NCBI GenBank assembly: GCA_934246625.1
Contig: CAKQHZ010000001.1
Coordinates: forward strand, 240,001 to 272,000
Direction of reading: 5' to 3'
Length of the DNA: 32,000 nucleotides
From: an uncultured Alphaproteobacteria bacterium
GTDB lineage: Bacteria; Pseudomonadota; Alphaproteobacteria; Rs-D84; CACZYB01
The notes beneath the pieces were generated by a model that did no database searches, was not told where the DNA came from, and was given only the letters and a program-made list of their open reading frames with translations. Shown here one piece after another: positions 1 through 7,646 of the stretch. A program made the translations under genes and the position numbers. The number at the start of each line of letters is the position of its first letter. The first letter of the stretch is position 1.

Positions 1-460
1 GTCGCATTCTCCAACCACCAGAAAAGTCAGATACTGGACGATTAAAATCTTCGTTTTTAAAACCTAATCCATTAAGTATGGTTGAAATTTTTGCCTCGGC
101 TTTATCACTATCTAAGACACGAAGTTCTTCATAAATTTCAGGCAATTCTTCGGGTGTTGCTGTTTCCAATTTTTTACGGGTGTTGATAAGCTCCTTATCC
201 TTACTTAACACAAAATCAATAATTGAAAGGTTGATGTCGTAAAATTCCTGTTCCACAAATGAAATTTTTTGATTATTCGAAAATATAACCTTGCCATCAG
301 TTGGTTCCAATTCCTTTTTAAGTATTTTAAAAAGTGTTGATTTTCCACAACCATTTAAACCAACAATACCGATTTTTTGATTATCAAAAATTTGGACTGA
401 GGCATTTTCAAGCAAAGTCCTTGATTGCATATAAACTGTTATATTTTCTATATTTATCAT
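1..460 (-). CDS. ABC-F family ATPase, N-terminal part (gene continues left of window)
   Basis: Own translation of the minus strand from the ATG at 458-460: MINIENITVYMQSRTLLENASVQIFDNQKIGIVGLNGCGKSTLFKILKKELEPTDG... It has Walker A GLNGCGKST and, at the window edge, FSGGWRMR, the ABC signature typical of ABC-F (Uup/YheS-like) proteins. It is absent from the ORF track because it is open at the edge. Confidence 0.8.
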   Translation of the reverse strand, partial: MINIENITVYMQSRTLLENASVQIFDNQKIGIVGLNGCGKSTLFKILKKELEPTDGKVIFSNNQKISFVEQEFYDINLSIIDFVLSKDKELINTRKKLETATPEELPEIYEELRVLDSDKAEAKISTILNGLGFKNEDFNRPVSDFSGGWRMR

Positions 461-569
461 AATAGGCTTTATGCTATCAAATAGGATTTTTTATTTCAAG
501 CAATATTATAAAAAGTTTTTCTCTTTTACAAGAAAAAATCAATGATATTTTATATTTGGCTACACGACA

Positions 570-778
570 AAGACTTAATGTATTTGATATTGGTGATAAA
601 ACGCATATGCAAAATATTTCAAAGGTCAAAGTTATTTAAATGTTGCAAATGTTAGCTTTGAACCAAAGTCCAGAAATAATTGGCATATCCATCACAAGGG
701 TGGACAAATCTTGCTTATTACTGGTAGAAATGGATATTACCAAGAATGGGGAAAGCCTGCTGTAAAATTAAAAAAGGG
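570..778 (+). pseudogene. Cupin-domain protein remnant, frameshifted and 3'-truncated
   Basis: From 600 the + strand reads NAYAKYFKGQSYLNVANVSFEPKSRNNWHIHHKGGQILLITGRNGYYQEWGKPAVKLKKG, a small-cupin core (NWHxH...GQIL...G.G). The preceding ...VFDIGDK is in a different frame. The expected C-terminal IP...HWHGA part is missing, and the frame runs into the first repeat of the adjacent array. Confidence 0.55.
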
Positions 779-922
779 AGTTACCTCCCTTGCGTATAAT
801 TAACAATATATATGGGGTGTGGGAAAGTAACACTTAAAAAAGGGAGTTACCTCCCTGTATTCACAGGCACCCTTTCAACAATAGGAGGGAAAGTAACACT
901 TAAAAAAGGGAGTTACCTCCCT
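755..922. CRISPR. CRISPR-like mini-array: two perfect 36-nt repeats plus one degenerate repeat, two 30-nt spacers
   Basis: GGGAAAGTAACACTTAAAAAAGGGAGTTACCTCCCT occurs at 821-856 and 887-922 (identical). Position 755-790 keeps only the last 23 nt (TTAAAAAAGGGAGTTACCTCCCT). The spacers 791-820 (tgcgtataattaacaatatatatggggtgt) and 857-886 (gtattcacaggcaccctttcaacaatagga) are each 30 nt and unrelated. The repeat contains the hairpin AGGGAG-TTAC-CTCCCT. Confidence 0.45.
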
Positions 923-1020
923 ATTAGAAGAAAAATATCCCTAATAATGTGTATTTCCACATAAATCATATTAAAAATTTTAAGAATTTCTAATACTTAC
1001 TTTTCATTATATTGCCGTTT

Positions 1021-2423
1021 TTATTTTTTACAATAATTTTCTTTTTTTGCATCTTCTGTAATTTCTTTTAATTTTATTTTCAAATCTTTATACATTTTAA
1101 AAACTATAACTTTAGTTTTTTTTAAATTTTTGTTTGGATTTTCATTAATATCTAAAATTATACTTTTAATTTTTTCTTTAAATCGTTTATGAACTGACAA
1201 AGATTTATCATTTGAAATTTTTATCGTTAAAATTTCTTTTTTAACTTTATCTTGTTTTTTATGTTTTTCAAATTCTGTTAAAAGTATTATATTATCTTTC
1301 TTTAAAAATAATGACATTAATGCTTTTAATAAATTTATTTTTAATTCTTTTGCGTTTTCAAAATTATTATCAAAAAAATCTAAAATTAACAGCAAATTGC
1401 TTCTAAATGTATCAAAAAATGACTTCGTAGCATCACTTTCGTTATAAAAAAATATTTTACCATGACTAATTTGATTTCTGATTTTTGTAATTTTTTCAGG
1501 AATAGATCTACACTTTATGTTTTCATAATTATAAACAAAATGTTTTTGTAGTATTTCACTTATTTTTATAAATAACATAAAAATTTTTTCTTTTTCTTCT
1601 AGATAAAATAATTTACGATATTGTGAATATTTTTTCTTTCCTAATAATGTTTTTAATATACTATCAATTTTATTTAAATTATATGAATTTATAAAATTTT
1701 GGCGTTCCAAACAATTAGATATTTTAATAGATTGTAAACTTTTTAAAAGCATACGATTGTCTTTTATTAAATCAATTTCTTTTTTATTATAATGATTTTC
1801 AAAAATAGTTTTTACATTTTTACTTTTTGTAGATAAAACAGATTTGAATAAATCTTCAATATTATAATCAAATTTTCCGTTATTTTTTTCACGTTCAAAC
1901 AATAATTTAATATCATTAATATAAACATTAGGAAGAAATAAAAACAAATTTTTTAAAGATTCTTCAACATTTAGTTCCTTCTCAATTCCAGAAACTGTAA
2001 TAGTTTCCTCTTTCGGTAAATTATTATGTTCAAAATAATGTCTTAATAAAGAAATTGATGCAATTTTATTTTTGAAATCTTTAAAATCTTTTATATAAAT
2101 AAGTTTCTTTTTAAATATAAAATAAAAGTATTTTTTAATTTCTGACTCTGTTTTGATAAAAATTCTTCTCTAAATACATCTGTCCCAAAAATATCAAAAG
2201 GATAACTTGGCAAGTTATTTGAGTTATTTTTTTCTTTTTTATACCATTTTACAACTTGTTCAAAAGAATTTCTTGCTTCGTTATCAAGCATTTCATACTT
2301 ATATTCATAATCTTTTGTTGCATCAAAAAAACTATGCAAAATTGCATTATCTAAAATATAAATATAAGATAATATTTTACTTCTTACTGATTTATTTGAA
2401 AAAATCTCCATAATAATTTCCAT
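1021..2423 (-). pseudogene. Protein of about 467 aa with two Rx4H (HEPN-type) motifs, split by one frameshift; compact Cas13-like or AbiF-like candidate
   Basis: Track ORFs 2091-2423 and 1021-1947 are on the same strand. The frame of the downstream ORF stays open upstream to about 2169 (own translation: ...KKYFYFIFKKKLIYIKDFKDFKNKIASISLLRHYFEHNNLPKEE...LFLFLPNVY...). It therefore overlaps the 110-aa ORF in another frame inside an A/T-rich run (about 2100-2165). The motifs are LLRHYFEH (about nt 2040) and KIRNQISHGK (about nt 1476). The track start at 1947 is a TTG. Confidence 0.5.
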
Positions 2424-2559
2424 TGATAAATAATGCTTTTATTTTAATCTGTATATATTATCCTTTCAAGAAAAAATAAACACGACCAAATGATGATGTT
2501 TAATAAAATATAAATTATTACTGGACCACTTAATCCTATTGCGAATCACTCACCTAAAA

Positions 2560-2901
2560 ATGATTATGAGGGATTTTGAAAGATTTTTACTTAAAAGACA
2601 TTGGAATAAAAAGCACATACCATTCATTGCATTTGCAGAAAAATGAGTATCTGAAGAATGGCATTTTCACTTGCTTTTCAATGGTGGTGAATTTACTCAT
2701 CAGGAATTAAAAATAGCAACCTACAGGATAATTTTGAAACAAAAACTACCCGCATACAGTCTGTAAATAGATGAAATAAAAGATGGTGTTGCAAAGGTTG
2801 AATGTTATACGATAAAGGAAATCAAAGTCACAGATTATAATCATTTTGACAGTGACAGGATTATACTTTCTCACAATTTATTTAATCTGGAGGTAAAATA
2901 A
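2560..2901 (+). pseudogene. Fragment of an HUH-type rolling-circle replication protein with in-frame stops
   Basis: Own translation: MIMRDFERFLLKRHWNKKHIPFIAFAEK*VSEEWHFHLLFNGGEFTHQELKIATYRIILKQKLPAYSL*IDEIKDGVAKVECYTIKEIKVTDYNHFDSDRIILSHNLFNLEVK*. It has an H-hydrophobic-H motif (HFHLL) but is interrupted by a TGA and a TAA. Confidence 0.3.
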
Positions 2902-3007
2902 TTCAATCCCACCTACCCAATATCAACGAAAAACAAAATTATAGTAAATTATAAACCAGAACTGTTTAATCGCAATTCTGGCTTGTTTATGTCATTCTAG
3001 ATAATAT

Positions 3008-3323
3008 TTAGTATTCTTCTGCTAACATAACTGTCATTACTCGTATTGTCTTTGTTATATCAGTTGGGTCGTTCGAATAATAACGAAAATCCCTATCATA
3101 ATAATCAATCTTCCACATTATCTTTTCACCATAATAAATAAAACTTCCATAATCGTGTTCATTATATGGGTCGTTCTTACTATTAAAATTATTAAAAGCT
3201 TTTCACTCCCTGCAAAATCTCATTTATTGCTTTTTGTCCTTTGCTGAAAACACCTCTGGTCAACATCACTTTCCCACCTAAAAGGCTTTTACGGAAGTTA
3301 TCGTTTAGTGTTTGAATATCCAT
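3008..3323 (-). pseudogene. DUF3768-family protein, frameshifted
   Basis: Own translation: MDIQTLNDNFRKSLLGGKVMLTRGVFSKGQKAINEILQGVKSF* then, in another frame, NNFNSKNDPYNEHDYGSFIYYGEKIMWKIDYYDRDFRYYSNDPTDITKTIRVMTVMLAEEY*. The NDP.gEHD.G.f...g.ki.WKIDYYD...T.RV.T.MLAEEY signature is the one I remember for DUF3768. Confidence 0.65.
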
Positions 3324-3574
3324 TATCTACCCTCCTGAATCAAGAATTTATTGAAGCGACGAAGTGCTTGTTTTACGCTTGTGTGAGAACGATTTCCATA
3401 AGCAAATTTTTCACCCGCTTTGTAAATTGGTAAGATTGAAGTAATGTTTTGTGTGAGAGTTTCAAGGCTGATATTTTACTTCTTACAAAGGCAAGTTATA
3501 CGACCTTGATAGTCCTTTGCAGTGTTAAGTTTGTAGTTGTTAGCGATAAGCCAATTTTTAAATTTTTTAAGCAT
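3323..3574 (-). pseudogene. Small conserved-looking ORF with an in-frame TAA, translationally coupled (TAATG) to the DUF3768 gene
   Basis: Own translation: MLKKFKNWLIANNYKLNTAKDYQGRITCLCKK*NISLETLTQNITSILPIYKAGEKFAYGNRSHTSVKQALRRFNKFLIQEGR*. Its stop overlaps the next ATG by 1 nt. Confidence 0.4.
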
Positions 3575-3865
3575 TTTAAAACCCTTTCATTTTTTGTTTT
3601 ACATAATAAATATGTCGTGTTGTTTTGAGAAAATACGCAAAAAATGTGAGAAAGATGGCTGTTTTTAGGTATTTTTTGAGTAGGTTTGAATTTTATTGAG
3701 AAAAATCAAACCTCGTGTCCACATGGACACAAGATTGAAATCAATAATTTGTTACCACAAAAACGCTAACAAATGATGCTAAACTGAAAATGTGTTTTAT
3801 CCGAGAATAAAAAAAGACACCTCATATCGCTAATAATACGAGGAGTCATAATTATGGATTACTTT

Positions 3866-4432
3866 TTAATTCTTCATATATCCATCAATAATTAATACTT
3901 CTTCTTTTAAAGTTCCATCATCATTATAAATTTTTTTTATTCCATCTGCTGTACCATTTTTATAAGGAGTTTTTATATTTATTTTTCCGTTTGGAAAATA
4001 ACCAATATGATAACCATCTGCCTTTCCATTCTTTAAATGAACTATACCAGTAATATAATTTGTTCTCCAATTTAATGAAGGGTGCATCATTTCTTTAAAA
4101 CGTGTAGCATTTTCATAACTATCTCTACCATAAAGTGTTATCAAATCAAAAGAATAAGTCTTTACAATACCAGTTATAGGATTTCCGTTTTTATCGGTAC
4201 AGCTTTCCGTTTCTGGTTCTATAGTTAATATACAATTAACGTCTTTACCAAGATATACTTTTTCAGAAAACAAAGCATAATATCCAATAAAAAGACAACA
4301 TAATATTGTCAAAATTTTAACAATTTTATATTGCTTATAAGATGAAACACATTTTGCTGTATATTTATTTTTATTTAATTTTTCTTCTATTAAAGATGTG
4401 TATTTTTTAAGTTGAGTAAGATATTTTTCCAT
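3866..4432 (-). CDS. Membrane-anchored MORN/YwqK-like repeat protein
   Basis: Track ORF of 188 aa. It has an N-terminal hydrophobic helix (ILTILCCLFIGYYALF). The C-terminal part has G-x-x-G/Y...NG-type repeats (LKNGKADGYHIGYFPNGKINIKTPYKNGTADGIKKIYNDDGTLKEE). Confidence 0.55.
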   Translation of the reverse strand: MEKYLTQLKKYTSLIEEKLNKNKYTAKCVSSYKQYKIVKILTILCCLFIGYYALFSEKVYLGKDVNCILTIEPETESCTDKNGNPITGIVKTYSFDLITLYGRDSYENATRFKEMMHPSLNWRTNYITGIVHLKNGKADGYHIGYFPNGKINIKTPYKNGTADGIKKIYNDDGTLKEEVLIIDGYMKN

Positions 4433-4447
4433 TTTTTTATCCTTTCA

Positions 4448-5380
4448 TTAAAATCCATTTAAAGTTTCAGCACATAAAGTAAGCCAACTATTATCATTAA
4501 GAATCTGCTCCATTCTATCAGGGTTTTCGTAAGCAAGCTTTACAGATTCTTTCATAAATGTATAAGCTTCAGCTCCATGAGAATAAGTACTTTCTATCAT
4601 TTTATATGCAATATTAATAGGAGTTCCATTTCTTCTATGTCCAACTATAACGTTCATTATAGTAGCAAAATTAGAACATATTCTTCCTCCCATAGTTTCC
4701 AATATTCGTTCTTTTTCAGCAAGTCTTTTAGCTTCTTCAGGATGTTCTTCTGCCCACTTCCGATTTATTTCAGCTTGTCTTGCTAATTCAGCTTCTTTTT
4801 CTTTTTTAGCTTTTTCTCTAGCTGCTTTTTCATTGGATATACTCTTATCTATTTCAGAAACAATTTTTAAAATTTCAGATAATTTAGCATCTAAACCTGC
4901 AATTTGTTCATCAGTTAATGAGCTACTACAAATAAGATTTTCAAATTCTTGTATAGCATTTTCAGCTTTATCTATAACTGCTGAAATTTTTTTGTTTGCA
5001 TCATATCTATTTTCATATCCCAATTGACTTAATTTTTTTAATGATTCATTAAACTTTTTATTTAAATTTTCAACTTTCCGTATATATTTTAAATAAACTC
5101 CAAAATTTTTTCCGAAATTATCATAAAAATTTAAAAAATCATATTTATCATCAAATCCCCATTCTTTTTTGTAATCTGTATATTTTTGAAAATATGTTCT
5201 TATATCAGCATAAGAATATCCTTGATTCAAATATTTTTGATATGTTTCTAAATCGAAATGGCAAGAATAATCTCCACAAATAAGACTATATTGTTCTTCA
5301 TCATCACTTTGAGACCTTGCAAAAACCTCATTAAAATTTAAGCAAAATAAACAAAGTATTAAAAAAATTTTTTTTAACAT
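4448..5380 (-). CDS. Secreted coiled-coil protein, function unknown
   Basis: Track ORF of 310 aa. The signal-peptide-like N-terminus is MLKKIFLILCLFCLNFNEVFA. A charged central coiled-coil segment reads KAAREKAKKEKEAELARQAEINRKWAEEHPEEAKRLAEKE. It overlaps the upstream gene by 7 nt. Confidence 0.55.
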   Translation of the reverse strand: MLKKIFLILCLFCLNFNEVFARSQSDDEEQYSLICGDYSCHFDLETYQKYLNQGYSYADIRTYFQKYTDYKKEWGFDDKYDFLNFYDNFGKNFGVYLKYIRKVENLNKKFNESLKKLSQLGYENRYDANKKISAVIDKAENAIQEFENLICSSSLTDEQIAGLDAKLSEILKIVSEIDKSISNEKAAREKAKKEKEAELARQAEINRKWAEEHPEEAKRLAEKERILETMGGRICSNFATIMNVIVGHRRNGTPINIAYKMIESTYSHGAEAYTFMKESVKLAYENPDRMEQILNDNSWLTLCAETLNGF

Positions 5381-6018
5381 ATTTTTTCGGCCTCCTTCTT
5401 TACTTTTTTAACTGAAAATTTTTTATCCCATTCATCCAAAACATCGTCATCATCTACAGTTTTCATAAGATACATAAGATGGTCTAAATCTTCATCTGAT
5501 ACATGTGTAATTATATAATTTGTTTGGCAAATACATTTAAAATCTCCTCCACATGTTGGAACAAAAGCTGTTCTCATTTCTTTTCTAAACTCATCATAAT
5601 CAACAGGTTTTTCCTCTTTTTTAGGACTATTTGGATTAAAACATTTTTCTTCAGCTTTCTTAGATATAGCTTGTATAGATGGTTTATTCCAGAAATTATT
5701 AAATTTAGGAGTTTTATTTATTTCTATCGCTTTTTGGAAAATATTTGCAACATCTTTCAAGTCTGTTTCAGATAAATTATTAGCAGTATAATTTGTTTTA
5801 CATTTACAATCTATATCATCACAAGATTTTAGCATTACATCTCTAAACAATTCTCTAATTTCTTCAGAAGAAGCTTCTTGTAAATTTATTTTTTGTTCAT
5901 TAGATTCTGTTTCTGTTATACTATTAATCCCATTTAAACTTTTATCAACAATATCCTTTAATTGAACACATGCTGCAAAACTAAATACCATAGGAATTAT
6001 AAACAATTTTTTATTCAT
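5374..6018 (-). CDS. Putative lipoprotein with two tandem Cys-rich repeats
   Basis: Track ORF of 214 aa with a lipobox-like N-terminus (IIPMVFSFAAC). Two units of about 70 aa each carry C-x(4-5)-C-x-C-x-TNY...(S)(E/D)xDL...W(N/D)K...KKxxE(E)K(I)C. Confidence 0.55.
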   Translation of the reverse strand: MNKKLFIIPMVFSFAACVQLKDIVDKSLNGINSITETESNEQKINLQEASSEEIRELFRDVMLKSCDDIDCKCKTNYTANNLSETDLKDVANIFQKAIEINKTPKFNNFWNKPSIQAISKKAEEKCFNPNSPKKEEKPVDYDEFRKEMRTAFVPTCGGDFKCICQTNYIITHVSDEDLDHLMYLMKTVDDDDVLDEWDKKFSVKKVKKEAEKIC

Positions 6019-6035
6019 TTTATTTCTCCTTATTC

Positions 6036-6494
6036 TTATATTTGTTTAATTAAAAATTTTAGCCCTGAAACTTTTGTATCAAGCCAATTTTCATTAGATA
6101 ACGGATTTTTCTCTTCATTCTTACGAGAACTTCCATTATAATCACATTCCACTTCTGATAAAAATATACCAAAACAATAAGTATTATTAGATTTCAGTTT
6201 TTCTAAATTTTTACAATCGTCTATAAAACTACTTCTTTTATTTGTATTACCTTGATTAATTTTATCATATTTAAATTCAATATAATAATTAATATTATTC
6301 ACAACAAAATACATATCAACATCATGACCATTACGATGCTCTTCTGTATGAAGTTTTTGTAAATTTTGTTTTAATAAACCATCAGATACATAATTTCTGA
6401 AATCATTTTCATCTTCTGGGTGAAAATTAAGATTTTCAATTATTTTAATTAAAACGTTTAACATTGTTCTTCCTTGTTTATAATTAAACTTCAT
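6036..6494 (-). CDS. Hypothetical protein with a PD-(D/E)xK-like motif
   Basis: Track ORF of 152 aa. GHDVDMYFVV...NYYIEFKYDK resembles a D...E-x-K nuclease core. This is a weak, motif-only call. Confidence 0.35.
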   Translation of the reverse strand: MKFNYKQGRTMLNVLIKIIENLNFHPEDENDFRNYVSDGLLKQNLQKLHTEEHRNGHDVDMYFVVNNINYYIEFKYDKINQGNTNKRSSFIDDCKNLEKLKSNNTYCFGIFLSEVECDYNGSSRKNEEKNPLSNENWLDTKVSGLKFLIKQI

Positions 6495-6530
6495 ATTAAA
6501 TCCAGTCGATTTTTGCTATTTTTAATATAC

Positions 6531-6661
6531 ACAAATCACCGTCTATTTGATATAGTCTTATGCAATCATTGGATATGCTAGCTTTTATAGAAATTAGTTG
6601 ACTTTTAGGGTTAAAATTCCTAAAATGGAAATGTATTAAATATAGACGGTGGTTTATTTGT
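6531..6661. repeat. Inverted repeat pair flanking a promoter (candidate invertible segment)
   Basis: ACAAATCACCGTCTAT at 6531-6546 faces ATAGACGGTGgtttATTTGT at 6642-6661. The perfect 10-bp G+C-containing core is CACCGTCTAT / ATAGACGGTG, and the 6-bp outer arm is offset by 4 nt. Confidence 0.5.
6598..6626 (+). promoter_or_regulatory. Near-consensus sigma70-type promoter, TTGACT-N17-TAAAAT
   Basis: ttgact is at 6598-6603, followed by a 17-nt spacer and taaaat at 6621-6626. It lies between the inverted repeats and currently points at the recombinase gene (ATG at 6743). Confidence 0.5.
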
Positions 6662-6742
6662 CATATTTAATTTTCACAACAAACATTAGGTAAAATCTGG
6701 TAGTTCTTATAGTTGTAAAAACAACAAATAGGAGCTAAAAAA

Positions 6743-7330
6743 ATGATTTATGGATATACCAGAGTTTCAACTGAACTACAAAACACCGAAAATCAAAAAC
6801 ACGAAATTCAAACCTTTGTAAAGTCGCAGAAAATCAAGATTGACAAGTGGGTGGATGAAATAATTTCTTCCCGAAAATCATTAAAAGAAAGGCAACTGGG
6901 TAAACTTTTAAAACATCTTAAAAAAGGGGATATTTTGATTGCTTCGGAACTTTCAAGACTTGGCAGAAATTTGCTTGAAGTTATGGGAATTTTGCAAAGC
7001 TGTTTGGAAAAAGATTGCCAAATATGGACCTTAAAAGAAAACTATAAACTTGGTGCAGATATACAGTCAAAAGTCCTTGCATTTGCGTTTTCGTTGGCTG
7101 CTGAAATTGAGCGACAACTTATTTCTCAACGGACAAGGGAGTCATTAAAAAGGATAAAAGATGAAGGTAAACATCTTGGCCGGCCATTTGGATTTAGTTA
7201 TAAAAAACTTGATGCAAAGAAAGGTAAAATCCAAGAATTACTTTCAAAAGATATTTCCAAAGCCGAAATTGCAAGGCTTCTAGATTGTTCTTGGATAACA
7301 CTTCACAGGTATATACGAAAGTCATTGTAA
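6743..7330 (+). CDS. Small serine recombinase (resolvase/invertase family)
   Basis: Track ORF of 195 aa. The N-terminus MIYGYTRVSTELQNTENQ carries the catalytic Ser in the YxRVST context. It also has ELSRLGRN and a C-terminal HTH (KAEIARLLDCSWITLHRYI). Confidence 0.9.
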   Translation: MIYGYTRVSTELQNTENQKHEIQTFVKSQKIKIDKWVDEIISSRKSLKERQLGKLLKHLKKGDILIASELSRLGRNLLEVMGILQSCLEKDCQIWTLKENYKLGADIQSKVLAFAFSLAAEIERQLISQRTRESLKRIKDEGKHLGRPFGFSYKKLDAKKGKIQELLSKDISKAEIARLLDCSWITLHRYIRKSL

Positions 7331-7336
7331 AAAACC

Positions 7337-7370
7337 TTGTATTGCTGATAATACAAACTTTATTTATTTG
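7337..7370 (+). terminator. Hairpin plus T-rich tail downstream of the recombinase gene
   Basis: TTGTATT-gctgat-AATACAA (7337-7356) is followed by actttatttattt. Confidence 0.4.
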
Positions 7371-7646
7371 TTATTCATAATCAACTAAATTTTTTTGTAA
7401 AAGCATAAGTAATAACCATTAAAATTAGTTCAATAATTACACCGTATCGCACTTAACTAATTGCATAATACTTAGTATAAAACCCTTTTTTCTAAAGCAA
7501 ACAAGTTTTTAATAAAATTAATTTTAATTAACGCATAAAAAACTCATCTTATAGGGGATACATTTTCCTTCTTATTTTACTTAAATTTTTAACATTAAAA
7601 TCTTATAACTCATTTTACATATCAAATAAACATTATTTTTTATTTT

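Noticed and set aside
755-922. Repeats as merely three stacked rho-independent terminators for the HEPN ORF
   Set aside because: This is not fully excluded, because the minus-strand reading is a hairpin plus T6. However, the exact 36/30/36/30/36 periodicity with unrelated 30-nt spacers is not expected for terminators. It is kept as a CRISPR-like candidate at moderate confidence.
2560-3574. In-frame TGA and TAA codons as a sign of an alternative genetic code
   Set aside because: The interruptions include TAA and frameshifts as well as TGA. All long genes elsewhere in the window (up to 1111 aa) read cleanly in the standard code. Pseudogenisation is the simpler explanation.
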